Shown here: one piece after another, positions 9,727-19,279 of the stretch
Layout of the letters: the number at the start of each line of letters is the position of its first letter
Position numbering within the stretch: position 1 is the first letter of the stretch
Source: Candidatus Omnitrophota bacterium
GTDB lineage: Bacteria; Omnitrophota; Gorgyraeia; Gorgyraeales; Gorgyraeaceae
Assembly: GCA_042571405.1 (NCBI GenBank)
Contig: JBHPHU010000003.1
Coordinates: forward strand, 3,838-67,837
Direction of reading: 5' to 3'
Length of the DNA: 64,000 nucleotides
Made by a program: the position numbers and the translations under genes
Notes under the pieces: model-generated
What the model was told of the DNA's origin: nothing
The model's input: the letters and a program-made list of their open reading frames with translations, nothing else
Databases searched by the model: none

Positions 9727-10426
9727 TACTTTAATACCTCTATATATTACAGCGGCTTCAATCGGTTTTATTCACACCCTTCTAGGACCTGACCATTATC
9801 TTCCGTTTATCGTAATGAGCAAGGCAAGGAAGTGGTCTTTGCTCAAGACGGGCGTCATAACGTTTCTATGCGGACTTGGCCATGTAATGAGTTCTGTTGT
9901 TCTTGGAGCCATAGGGATTATTTTCGGTATCGCGGTTATGAGACTGGAGGCATTTGAGGGATTTCGTGGAAATCTTGCAGGTTGGGTCTTTATGGTATTC
10001 GGCTTTACGTATTTAGTCTGGGGAATACACAGGGCAATAAAAAACAGGCCTCACAGGCATTTACATCTTCATTCAGATTCTGTAAACCATTCGCATGACC
10101 ATTCTCACATGAAGGAGCATGCCCATATTCATGGGGAAGAAAAGGCAAATATTACACCATGGGTCCTTTTTACAATATTCGTCCTTGGCCCATGCGAGCC
10201 ATTGATACCGATTCTCATGTATCCTGCGGCAAAAAGCAGCATATCAGGCGTAATTACAGTAGCTGCGATATTCAGCGCAGTAACCATTGCTACAATGCTT
10301 GGTATAGTCTTGGTTTTATCCTTTGGTATAAATCTGGTTCCACTAAGGCGGGTCGAACGTTATACCCATGCAATAGCTGGCGCAACAATACTACTCTGTG
10401 GCATAGCTATCCAACTGGGTTTGTAA
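9719..10426 (+). CDS. His-rich membrane protein, probable Ni/Co transporter
   Basis: HTLLGPDHY, GLGHV, His-rich loop, LGPCEP, about 6 TM segments. Confidence 0.75.
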   Translation: MDNTLIPLYITAASIGFIHTLLGPDHYLPFIVMSKARKWSLLKTGVITFLCGLGHVMSSVVLGAIGIIFGIAVMRLEAFEGFRGNLAGWVFMVFGFTYLVWGIHRAIKNRPHRHLHLHSDSVNHSHDHSHMKEHAHIHGEEKANITPWVLFTIFVLGPCEPLIPILMYPAAKSSISGVITVAAIFSAVTIATMLGIVLVLSFGINLVPLRRVERYTHAIAGATILLCGIAIQLGL

Positions 10427-10429
10427 AAA

Positions 10430-11305
10430 TTAGTAACCGAGATTTTTTAGCGCAAATGGGTCTTTGCGCCAGTTTTCGTAGACTTTGACCCAGAGGTCCA
10501 GAAATACCTTTTTCTGCAGTAGGCCTTCAATTTCTTTCCTGGAATTTTCCCCTATTTTTTTTAGCATTTGTCCGTTCTTACCTATGATTATGGCCTTCTG
10601 GTTTTTTCTTTCCACGTAGATGTGAGCCCTGATATAGTAGAGGTCTTTGTCTTTTTTCTCTTTTATTTCTTCCACAGTTACTGCTATTGCGTGCGGTACT
10701 TCCTGATGAGTCCGTTCCATGACCTTTTCCCTTATGATTTCCTGCATAAGGAAGCGTTCGCTTTTATCGCTTAGCTGGTCTTCCGGGAACAGAGGATAGC
10801 CTTCCGGCAGGTATTCCATGATTTTTTTGAATACGATCTCAGTGCCGTCTTTTTTAGCCGCGGCTATAGGGATTATTTCTTTAAAGGAAAATTTCGTAGC
10901 CTGTTCAATAACGGGCAGCACAAGTCTTTTATCGATCTTGTCCATCTTGTTTATGATTAGAAATGTTTCTTTTTCAAAAGGAAGTTGTTGGAATATTGTT
11001 TTATCTTCTCGGGTGATGCCGCTATATGCGTCGATAAGCATGAGCACAAGGTCTACTTCGAGCAGTGTTGACGCGGCCTTGCGTACCATTGTTTTTCCAA
11101 GAAGCGTATTTGGCCTGTGCATGCCTGGCGTGTCTATGAAGACCACTTGAAAATCTTTACCTGAGATTATGCCTTGTATATTATCCCGCGTGGTTTCTGG
11201 TTTTTTCGAAACAATGCAAAGTTTCTCTTTTATGAGCGCATTGAGAAGCGTAGATTTTCCCACATTGGGCCTTCCGATTATAGCGACTTTACCTGCTTTA
11301 AACAT
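10430..11305 (-). CDS. era: GTPase Era
   Basis: GRPNVGKST, DTPG, NKMD, KH domain IIIGKNG; start placed at MFKAG (11305). Confidence 0.95.
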   Translation of the reverse strand: MFKAGKVAIIGRPNVGKSTLLNALIKEKLCIVSKKPETTRDNIQGIISGKDFQVVFIDTPGMHRPNTLLGKTMVRKAASTLLEVDLVLMLIDAYSGITREDKTIFQQLPFEKETFLIINKMDKIDKRLVLPVIEQATKFSFKEIIPIAAAKKDGTEIVFKKIMEYLPEGYPLFPEDQLSDKSERFLMQEIIREKVMERTHQEVPHAIAVTVEEIKEKKDKDLYYIRAHIYVERKNQKAIIIGKNGQMLKKIGENSRKEIEGLLQKKVFLDLWVKVYENWRKDPFALKNLGY

Positions 11306-11397
11306 GCTTATATTATACATGTATGTGGTATAATGGGAAGGAAAATAGGAGTTTATCGTTAATATTTGAAGAGTTGCGTTGCAGTTTCAGGCTTTAC

Positions 11398-11685
11398 GCA
11401 CCACCCAGACCACTGGCTCTCGGGGACGCAAAATTCCCCCAGCGCGGGAATTTTGCTCAGCCCCGTGCCTCGCTCGTCTTTTCGGTCCAGCGGGCCATTC
11501 AAAAAGCATACGGAATTTTTTGCGGGCATGGTGTCCGCCGAAGGCGGACGAGCAAAAAATTACGCTGAGTGAAGGCCGCCTCGCTGGGGCGGCTGAGCGT
11601 CTTTTTGAATGGCCCGCTGGACCGAAAAGACACCATGCCCGCTCGACACGGCGTATGCCCCGAGAACCAGTGGTCTGGGTGGTGC
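11398..11685. mobile_element. 288-bp GC-rich nested palindromic element (MITE/REPIN-like)
   Basis: 28-bp terminal IR with 1 mismatch (11398-11425 / 11658-11685), perfect 31-bp internal IR (11476-11506 / 11601-11631), further internal hairpins. Confidence 0.7.
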
Positions 11686-11729
11686 TAACTATCATGTAAC
11701 ATTGAAAATATTATCAATAGGAGTTTATA

Positions 11730-12233
11730 ATGAGAGCATTTTATTTTGCATTGGGTACGGCAGTGGTTTGGGGTATTGTGCCGATTTTGGAAAAGATGGG
11801 TGTGGCGAGGATAGCGCCGCTTGCAGGGGTCATGATACGCTCATTAGGAGTAGTTATAGGCGTGAGTTTTCTGGCTGTATTTAACAGCCAGACCTTTAAG
11901 CTTGCCTTAAAGACAGACCCGCGTACGATATTTTTACTTGTGCTGGGTGGATTTATGGCTAGCATACTTGGTCAGATACTTTTCTATAACGCGCTTAAAA
12001 CCGGAGAGGCGTCAAAGGTTGTTCCTATAGCAGGTATCTATCCCCTGGTCACATTTTTATTAGGGATTATATTTCTGGGAGAAACTGTTACTGTCGCAAA
12101 GGTTGGTGGAGTGATCTTTGTAATCCTGGGGCTATTTTTGCTGAGGCAGGCCTTCTTTGTTTATCTCGATCCTTTTCATCATATTAGACTGGCGGTCACT
12201 TATATCAAACACAGTATCGAGCTCTCCGTCTGA
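11730..12233 (+). CDS. EamA/DMT family small transporter
   Basis: WGIVPILEK, FYNALKTGEASKVVPI, FLGE; C-terminal extension overlaps the convergent gene. Confidence 0.8.
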   Translation: MRAFYFALGTAVVWGIVPILEKMGVARIAPLAGVMIRSLGVVIGVSFLAVFNSQTFKLALKTDPRTIFLLVLGGFMASILGQILFYNALKTGEASKVVPIAGIYPLVTFLLGIIFLGETVTVAKVGGVIFVILGLFLLRQAFFVYLDPFHHIRLAVTYIKHSIELSV

Positions 12234-12614
12234 ATCTTCATCTCTTTCCAATTTTATAACCTTACCATCGCGATATTCGCTTCTCTGGTCTATTTTTCCG
12301 TCATAGTCGCTGTCGATTTCAAATTTGGTGCGCTGGCTGTATTGATACCATGTCTGCATATCAACATTTCCATCAAAGTTTAAGTCGATCTTTGTTGTCT
12401 TTTTGCCTTTTTCTCCATAGACGATCCACATATCCAGCGCGCCGTCATAATTTCTGTCAGTTTCTATCTTTACAGGCCTTTCATTCTCAAAATATATCCA
12501 TAGATCAGTTTTTCCATCTTCATTTTTATCTTCTTCTGTGACCTCTGCGGCATTTGCCGCTGGCGCCAGGAGAAAGATCATTATAATTAATCTAAGAATT
12601 GTTGTTTTATACAT
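12132..12614 (-). CDS. Secreted protein with DxNxDG repeats
   Basis: Signal peptide ending ANA; five D-x-[ND]-x-D-G-x-x-D units. Confidence 0.75.
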   Translation of the reverse strand: MYKTTILRLIIMIFLLAPAANAAEVTEEDKNEDGKTDLWIYFENERPVKIETDRNYDGALDMWIVYGEKGKKTTKIDLNFDGNVDMQTWYQYSQRTKFEIDSDYDGKIDQRSEYRDGKVIKLERDEDSDGELDTVFDISDRQSNMMKRIEINKEGLPQQK

Positions 12615-12775
12615 ATTTGCCTATTCTGGTGAATTATGATACAATCGTCTTTGATTACATATCCCTCGACTTCACCCCGTACCCTACGTGGGACGGGGCT
12701 TTGCTCGGGATAAATTCGCACTTATCACTTATGCTCCTTTCAGTTGCGTAAGCGATGCGCTCATTTATATTATAT

Positions 12776-14398
12776 ATGAAAAAAGCTAAAATTGCAATTG
12801 CGCAAATAAATACTATTGTGGGAGATCTGGTCGGCAATACAGAGAAGATACTGTTTTGCCTGAACGAGTCAGCCAAAAAGCGCGCGGATATTGTTGTATT
12901 TCCGGAGCTTTCCATAACAGGATATCCTCCTGAAGACCTTGTCTTGAAGCCTCATTTCGTAAAAGAAAATATTAAGTGCCTGAATGTAATCGCAAGGGCC
13001 GCGAAGGATATCATAGCGATAGTCGGATTTGTGGACCAAAAGGCCAAGGACCTATATAATAGCGCCGCAGTTATAAATAATAAAAAAATAACTCATATAT
13101 ATCATAAAAGACACCTGCCGAATTATAGCGTATTTGACGAAAAAAGGTATTTTAAGCCCGGCAAAGGGAATGCTCTTATAAAGGCTAAAGGCTATTCTTT
13201 TTCACTAAATATATGCGAGGATATATGGGCTTCAGAAGATGCTAAAACAAAGAATATTCTAACACGCGCGGACTTTCTAATAAACATCTCTGCCTCGCCG
13301 TATCATATTGATAAAATAAAAGAGAGGAAGACGCTGTTGCTTGCCAAGGCCAGGAGATTCAAGACACCTGTAATTTACTGCAATCTTGTTGGCGGGCAGG
13401 ATGAGCTTGTATTCGATGGCCGCAGCGCCGTATTTGGAAAGTCCAATAAAATTATAGCAAAGGCCAAGGCCTTCGAAGAAGATTTATTGATAGTTGACCT
13501 GGCAGAAAAAAACATAGCTTCACCCAACCGCGCGATTAGAGACATGACAAGGATTGAAGAGGTCTATTCAGCGCTTGTACTGGGGCTGCGCGATTATGTA
13601 AGAAAGAATAATTTTAAAAAAGTGGCCTTTGGACTTTCAGGAGGCATAGATTCTGCATTGGTTGCTGCAGTTGCGGTGGAGGCCCTGGGTAAGGCGAATG
13701 TCTTGGCGCTTTCTATGCCGTCTAGATATTCTTCAGAAGCTACGCAGCTGGATGCCGAAAGAATTGCTAAAAATCTTGGCGTCAGGTTTGTAAAAGTCGG
13801 AATAGACAGTATCTTCGATGTATATGCTAATACACTGCAGTCTCACTTTTCTGGCATGGACCCTGATATAACAGAGGAGAATATCCAGGCAAGGATACGG
13901 GGAAACATCTTGATGGCGTTTTCAAATAAATTCGGCCACCTTGTTCTAAACACAGGCAATAAGAGCGAGACGAGTGTGGGGTACTGTACTCTATATGGAG
14001 ATATGGCAGGCGGGTTTGCGGTAATAAAAGATGTGCCTAAAAAACTTGTTTATGAATTAGCAGGATTTGTAAATAAGAAAAAAAGAATTATCCCAGATAG
14101 TGTCTTTAAGAGGCCGCCGTCAGCAGAATTGAGACCGGGGCAGAAGGATCAGGATAGCTTGCCGCCTTATGATTTAGTTGACGCGATAGTTGATTTATAT
14201 GTAGAAAAGGATAAATCCTTTAGCGATATTGTGAAGAAATTAGGGAATAAGGACGCTGTTAGAAAAGTTTTGAGCATGATTGATATGAATGAATATAAGC
14301 GCCGTCAGGCACCTCCTGGAATAAAGGTAAGTCCTCGAGCTTTTGGAAAGGACAGGCGCATGCCTATCACGAATAAATATAAGGGAGGCGGCCTATGA
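12776..14398 (+). CDS. nadE: Glutamine-dependent NAD+ synthetase
   Basis: Nitrilase domain (FPEL, ICEDIW) plus SGGIDS, ENIQAR, TGNKSE, PSAEL; start ATG 12776. Confidence 0.95.
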   Translation: MKKAKIAIAQINTIVGDLVGNTEKILFCLNESAKKRADIVVFPELSITGYPPEDLVLKPHFVKENIKCLNVIARAAKDIIAIVGFVDQKAKDLYNSAAVINNKKITHIYHKRHLPNYSVFDEKRYFKPGKGNALIKAKGYSFSLNICEDIWASEDAKTKNILTRADFLINISASPYHIDKIKERKTLLLAKARRFKTPVIYCNLVGGQDELVFDGRSAVFGKSNKIIAKAKAFEEDLLIVDLAEKNIASPNRAIRDMTRIEEVYSALVLGLRDYVRKNNFKKVAFGLSGGIDSALVAAVAVEALGKANVLALSMPSRYSSEATQLDAERIAKNLGVRFVKVGIDSIFDVYANTLQSHFSGMDPDITEENIQARIRGNILMAFSNKFGHLVLNTGNKSETSVGYCTLYGDMAGGFAVIKDVPKKLVYELAGFVNKKKRIIPDSVFKRPPSAELRPGQKDQDSLPPYDLVDAIVDLYVEKDKSFSDIVKKLGNKDAVRKVLSMIDMNEYKRRQAPPGIKVSPRAFGKDRRMPITNKYKGGGL

Positions 14399-14677
14399 AA
14401 GGATTAAAAACAAACCACAGAGAACACGGAGTAATAAATAATTTTTCTCTGTGTTCTCCAAAAAAATATCCTCTAAAAGAGGTTACAGAAAAGATAATAT
14501 CCTGCTGTATAGAGGTGCATTCGAATTTAGGACCCGGATTACTGGAAAACATATATGAAGAAGCCAAAGAAGGAATAAAAAGGCTAATTTTATGAGAACA
14601 CAGAGGATTTTGTTATAAAAAATCTCTGCGTTCTCTGTGGTATTTTTTTGACAGATCCCGAATAAATATAAGGGAGG
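14370..14677 (+). repeat. 19-bp direct repeat flanking the GxxExxY cassette
   Basis: CGAATAAATATAAGGGAGG at 14370-14388 and 14659-14677. Confidence 0.85.
14395..14595 (+). pseudogene. Internally deleted GxxExxY protein
   Basis: VHSNLGPGLLENIYEEA fused directly to the C-terminal KEGIKRLIL; inside ACCACAGAG...CTCTGTGGT repeats. Confidence 0.75.
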
Positions 14678-14683
14678 TAGTAT

Positions 14684-14965
14684 ATGAAAGACCAGACCAG
14701 CGAAGAGGTTTTTATAAACGTGGTAAAAAGAATAAATCTTTATTTGATTATATTAGGTGTGATTTTTCTTGTATATTTTATAGTTCAGACTAAAGTGAAT
14801 GTGTTTTTATTTCTACTGGCTCTCCTGAATTTAAGTTTTGCGCTTCTTTCCCACAAGCATCTTATAATAACTAATAGGCTTGCAATCGAGTTGCGACGCG
14901 CAAAAGGGTCGCTGAGTGATGTTTCAAAAGAGATGAGGGAGATACATCCGGATCTAAATGCGTAG
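14684..14965 (+). CDS. Small two-TM hypothetical protein
   Basis: GGAGG SD, two hydrophobic segments, overlaps the next gene. Confidence 0.65.
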   Translation: MKDQTSEEVFINVVKRINLYLIILGVIFLVYFIVQTKVNVFLFLLALLNLSFALLSHKHLIITNRLAIELRRAKGSLSDVSKEMREIHPDLNA

Positions 14966-15755
14966 ACGCTTATACTCAACATTTTTAATACCCTTCCTTT
15001 TTTTAGGTATATTTAGCTTTCCAGAGAGAAATATTTCTATTACTGCAGAGTCAGTTGTTCTCATGACCTCCTGGGCAAAGAGGGTCATATATTCCAGGAA
15101 TCCTGATCTTAAGCTTTCACCGGCTTCTACCGCAAAAATAGTGACAGCGCTTCTGGTTTTGAAAAATTCTTCGCTAGACAAAGAAGTGGTTGTGAGTAAA
15201 TTTGCTACTTTGATGGAGCCGTCCAAGATCTACATAAAAGAGGGGGAGGTTTATCTGACGGGGGATTTACTCAAGGCGTTACTTTTAAATTCCGGAAATG
15301 ACGTGAGTGTCGCGCTTGCTGAGAGTATTGCCGGTTCAGAAGAGGAGTTTGTAAAGATGATGAATAAGCTGGCAATAAGTATAGGAGCCAAAGATACTAA
15401 TTTTAAGACATCTAACGGACTCCCTGCAGAGGACCAGTATTCTACCGCGCGTGATTTAGCCTTGATAGTGCGCGAGGCAATGAGACATAAGGAATTTATT
15501 GAAATTATAAAAATGAAAGAAGGAGAGATAAGCGAGCTTAAAAGCGGCAGGCGGATAAAGTTAAAGAGCCATAATAAAAGTTTATGGAAGGATACGCCCT
15601 ATGCAATTTTAGGAAAGACAGGCTATACTAAAAAAGCAGGCAGTTGCTTTGCGGGTTATATTGAGTATAATAGGTGGCGTAAGGTTATTGTGGTGGTTTT
15701 GAAGAGTAAAACTAAATGGAAAGATTTGGACGCGCTGGCAGAGGAGTTCTTATGA
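14958..15755 (+). CDS. D-alanyl-D-alanine carboxypeptidase (peptidase S11)
   Basis: PASTAK (SxxK), SGND (SxN), GKTGYT (KTG). Confidence 0.9.
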   Translation: MRRRLYSTFLIPFLFLGIFSFPERNISITAESVVLMTSWAKRVIYSRNPDLKLSPASTAKIVTALLVLKNSSLDKEVVVSKFATLMEPSKIYIKEGEVYLTGDLLKALLLNSGNDVSVALAESIAGSEEEFVKMMNKLAISIGAKDTNFKTSNGLPAEDQYSTARDLALIVREAMRHKEFIEIIKMKEGEISELKSGRRIKLKSHNKSLWKDTPYAILGKTGYTKKAGSCFAGYIEYNRWRKVIVVVLKSKTKWKDLDALAEEFL

Positions 15756-16435
15756 GAAGAATTTTATTTATAGCGATAGGTTTAATTTTTTTAACGTCAT
15801 ATTCTTATGCGGCTCCAGCGTACGGGACGCATATGCCCGAGAAAAGACGTTTTACATGCGGCGCGGAAGGAAATTTTATTGTAGATAGAAATCTGGATAA
15901 TGACGAAGGCTCGACAAGTGGTGATAGATATTTTTTCACCCTCTCCTACGGTATTTTTTCATGGCTTTCGTTTGATGGGAAGGCAGGTATTGGCGATGTA
16001 GGTTGGGATAGGGTTGGCTCAGACAGTTTGACTTACAGTGCTAACTTTGCAGGCGCCTATGGATTCAGAATCAAAGGATATGAAATAAAAGAATGGGGCA
16101 TAAAGAGCGTTGCTGGTTTTCAGCATATCAGTGTACATCCTGACGCAAAGAATCAGGGTGGAAATAAGCACGAGGTAATAATAGATGAATGGCAGGGTTC
16201 TTTGGTTGTTTCCAAGGATATAGGAAGTTTTGCGCCGTATTTCGGAACAAGATACGGCACAGTAGATTTCATAAAATGGCTAAACGAACATGACCGCAAA
16301 CGCATCCAGTCAGAAAAATACTACGGCCTTATTATAGGGTTAGATTATCGTCTTAGTCCGGAGACAAAGATAAATTTAGAGTTTGATTTTCTGGATGGTG
16401 AGGAGTTTGCGGTAGGTTTTAGCCGCGATTTCTGA
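15752..16435 (+). CDS. Outer-membrane beta-barrel protein
   Basis: Start ATG 15752; signal peptide, amphipathic strands, terminal Phe. Confidence 0.65.
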   Translation: MRRILFIAIGLIFLTSYSYAAPAYGTHMPEKRRFTCGAEGNFIVDRNLDNDEGSTSGDRYFFTLSYGIFSWLSFDGKAGIGDVGWDRVGSDSLTYSANFAGAYGFRIKGYEIKEWGIKSVAGFQHISVHPDAKNQGGNKHEVIIDEWQGSLVVSKDIGSFAPYFGTRYGTVDFIKWLNEHDRKRIQSEKYYGLIIGLDYRLSPETKINLEFDFLDGEEFAVGFSRDF

Positions 16436-17444
16436 TAAAGCTCTGAGCTTCTTTCATATTTTTGAAGAATAAAAATGGAAGAGGCTTGTTTTTATATAGC
16501 CGCGCATTTTTTGATATAAAACCTAATCGTGCGTTTAGCATGGCTTTTGCGACCATGTATGCCCTGTGTTCTCCCGCAAGACAGCCTTTCTTTTTTATAT
16601 CCGCGATAAGTTTTTTGGGATTTTTCATGTTGAGCATCTTTTTCATAAATCGCTTTTCGCCAAGGCCTTTGCCAAAACCCTCTTTTAAGTCTGCCTTTAC
16701 CAGGATTATCCCGTTTTTCTTTATGTTAGTCGTGTAGTTAAATGTGCGTGATGCCTGGTATATGTTTATCGACTTTTCTCTAGGTGTATCGCATATTATT
16801 ACACCAAGTTTTTTATTATCTTTTTTCTCGTATATCTTTTTACAGTAACTTGTTGCTTTTTTGAAAGAGGCCCTTGGAGCACCTTTAAATATTTTTGGTG
16901 GATTTGTGTTTACTATATTTATAGAATATGTGATAGGTAGTAGATTGCTTACTTCTTCTATAAAGCGTCTGAATGGATTATTTTTTATTGAGCAGATCCT
17001 GGTACCGGGCTTATCCAGGAATCTAGGATGATGTGTTGCGTTTATGGTCTTTTCTCCTGCAAGTCCGATTGCCACTACTTTTGTCCCGCCGCTATAGCCT
17101 GCATATAAATGCGGCTCAACAACGCCCACAGTTATTATCGAATCGGCATTTTTTAATTTTTTATTAAGATATATAGGTACTCCAGTTTTTGTTTTTCCAA
17201 AATATGCGACAGAGCGTTTTCTGTAGTTGTGAACATTAACCTCGCAGGTTGCCGTACGGCAACCTGCGAGGTTGTGAGGTTGACCTATGTTATCTTTAAT
17301 TTCCTTTTTAGTGGGGGTTCGGTGAAGGCCTGTCGCTATTATTATTTCTACATCCTGTCCCTTTAGTTTTTTCAGAAGAGGAGGGAGTATTGTTTTTAGA
17401 TGCGCTTTACGCGTAAAATCAGGCACGGCGATTATGGTTTTCAT
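16419..17444 (-). CDS. LarA-like (lactate racemase family) protein
   Basis: PDFTR, ATGLHR, EPHLYAGYSGG, NIYQA. Confidence 0.75.
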   Translation of the reverse strand: MKTIIAVPDFTRKAHLKTILPPLLKKLKGQDVEIIIATGLHRTPTKKEIKDNIGQPHNLAGCRTATCEVNVHNYRKRSVAYFGKTKTGVPIYLNKKLKNADSIITVGVVEPHLYAGYSGGTKVVAIGLAGEKTINATHHPRFLDKPGTRICSIKNNPFRRFIEEVSNLLPITYSINIVNTNPPKIFKGAPRASFKKATSYCKKIYEKKDNKKLGVIICDTPREKSINIYQASRTFNYTTNIKKNGIILVKADLKEGFGKGLGEKRFMKKMLNMKNPKKLIADIKKKGCLAGEHRAYMVAKAMLNARLGFISKNARLYKNKPLPFLFFKNMKEAQSFIRNRG

Positions 17445-17448
17445 TGTA

Positions 17449-18885
17449 TTATTTTAATAATTCCTTCGAGAATATATTGTCAAGGCCCAGGATGCATGCC
17501 GGATCCAAAGATTTTTTTAAAGCTGCCATCTGCTCGATATTCTTTTTTCCGTACATGGCTTCAAGAAAGGCGTGTTTGAGTTTTCCTATACCGTGTTCCG
17601 CAGATGCGGTGCCCCCTAAACTTACAGCCTTTTTTACAAAATCCATATAGATAGAACGGCTCTTCGAAAATTCCGCCTCTGTTTTTGGGAGCATGTTTAC
17701 ATGCATGTGGTTTTCGCCTATATGGCCGAATATCAAAGATTCGATTTCCGAGGAGGATAATTTTTCTTTATAAAACGCAAACATCTCAGAGAACGCATTC
17801 TCAGGTACGGCTATATCTGTCCCTACTTTGGGGAGTTTATTTCTTTTTATAATTTCATTTATAGTTTCAGGTAGCGCATGCCTGAATTCCCATAGTTTTT
17901 GCCTTTCCTGTTCAGAATCCGCGAAAAAACTTTTTTCTATAAGGGCATTGTGCTTTTCAAGTAACTCCATCCACGATTCCGCGACAGACTCTTCCTTATC
18001 CTTTTTATAATCCTGCTCAAAATAAACCAGGGCCTTTGCGTCAATCGGGATGTTTCTATGTTTTGCGCGTAAGAGATTCAATGAATTTTCATCCATATAT
18101 TCTATAGACAGCGCATTTTTTGTTTTTGCGTCTTTCACGAAGGAGAGCGCGTTGTTTTCATTTGAGAAGAAGCTGAAAAAACTCATGATCGCTTCCGGTT
18201 TCTTCCCAATGGCAACATCTGCTTCAATGAGAAAACCCAAAGTCCCTTCCTGTCCTATAAACAGGTCTATTATATCCATATTTTCTTTTACATAATAACC
18301 TGCCGCGCTTTTTATATCAGGCATAGAGTATTGCGGGATTTTTATTTTTATTGTTTCAAGAGAGAAAGCACTCCCTTTATTGACAAAATATTTTCCGCGT
18401 TTTATGTCTAATATCTGGCCTGTAGATAAAATAAGACGTAACCGTTTTATATAATTCCGCGTAGATCCGTATCTGAATCCTTTTGCGCCGCATGCATTTG
18501 TTGAAATGGTACCTCCCAGGAAGGCGTTTGGCTCAGTAGGGTCCGGTAGGTAGGCAAGACCTTTTTTAGAGAGCTCTGTCTGCAGATCAGATAGTCTTAC
18601 GCCAGGTTGCAGCGTAGCAATGAGATTTTTTTCGTCTATATCAATAATTTTATTGAGCGAATCCGTAGCGAGGATTGATCCTCCGAATGGGACCCTGGCT
18701 CCGGTCACGCCCGTACCACCGCCTGAAATAGTCAAAGGAGTATTTTTCCTTGATGCGTCCGCGAGGATATCGATAGCATCTTTCTCGTTTTCAGGTATTA
18801 AGACCTCGTCGGCATAACCGTCTCTGAGCCCCGACTCATCCTCAAAATAAGACTTGATAATATCCTTGTCTCTCTTTATAATCAT
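17449..18885 (-). CDS. FAD-linked oxidoreductase (GlcD / D-lactate dehydrogenase family)
   Basis: GGGTGVTGA, GGTISTNACG, GQEGTLG, GHIGENHMH, SAEHGIGK. Confidence 0.88.
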   Translation of the reverse strand: MIIKRDKDIIKSYFEDESGLRDGYADEVLIPENEKDAIDILADASRKNTPLTISGGGTGVTGARVPFGGSILATDSLNKIIDIDEKNLIATLQPGVRLSDLQTELSKKGLAYLPDPTEPNAFLGGTISTNACGAKGFRYGSTRNYIKRLRLILSTGQILDIKRGKYFVNKGSAFSLETIKIKIPQYSMPDIKSAAGYYVKENMDIIDLFIGQEGTLGFLIEADVAIGKKPEAIMSFFSFFSNENNALSFVKDAKTKNALSIEYMDENSLNLLRAKHRNIPIDAKALVYFEQDYKKDKEESVAESWMELLEKHNALIEKSFFADSEQERQKLWEFRHALPETINEIIKRNKLPKVGTDIAVPENAFSEMFAFYKEKLSSSEIESLIFGHIGENHMHVNMLPKTEAEFSKSRSIYMDFVKKAVSLGGTASAEHGIGKLKHAFLEAMYGKKNIEQMAALKKSLDPACILGLDNIFSKELLK

Positions 18886-18919
18886 ATCTATAATCTATCA
18901 TAGGAAGGAAATATTTACA

Positions 18920-19279
18920 ATGGCGACTTTTTTAAGTTTAATTATTGGCGCATTAGCAGGCGTAGCCAGTGGTTTTTTTGGTATAGGCGGGGCAGTGGTG
19001 ATGGTGCCGCTTTTAGTATGTCTGTTTAAGTTTCCACAGCATTATGCGCAAGGCACTGCCCTTGTCGCGCTTCTTCTGCCCATTGGTATCCTGGCAGTCA
19101 TTAGATATTATCATGCGGGAAATGTAAATATAAAGATAGGTTTGTTTATAAGCCTTGGATTTTTTATAGGAGGGTTTTTTGGGGCGCATTTAGCGCATTT
19201 ATTGCCACAGTTAGCTCTTAAAAGGCTTTTTGGAGTCCTGCTTTTAGGGCTTTCCGTATATATGTTAATGGGTAAATAA
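18920..19279 (+). CDS. TauE/SafE family membrane protein (half-size)
   Basis: SGFFGIGGAVVMVP, AQGTAL; start ATG 18920. Confidence 0.85.
   Translation: MATFLSLIIGALAGVASGFFGIGGAVVMVPLLVCLFKFPQHYAQGTALVALLLPIGILAVIRYYHAGNVNIKIGLFISLGFFIGGFFGAHLAHLLPQLALKRLFGVLLLGLSVYMLMGK

Noticed and set aside
11323-11699. Overlapping ORFs on both strands, two sharing peptide segments
   Set aside because: Artefacts of the GC-rich palindromic element; no SD, and atypical composition
16419-18885. LarA-like plus FAD oxidoreductase as a new pathway
   Set aside because: Racemase/2-hydroxyacid dehydrogenase pairing is established; the substrate cannot be inferred and larBCE may lie elsewhere
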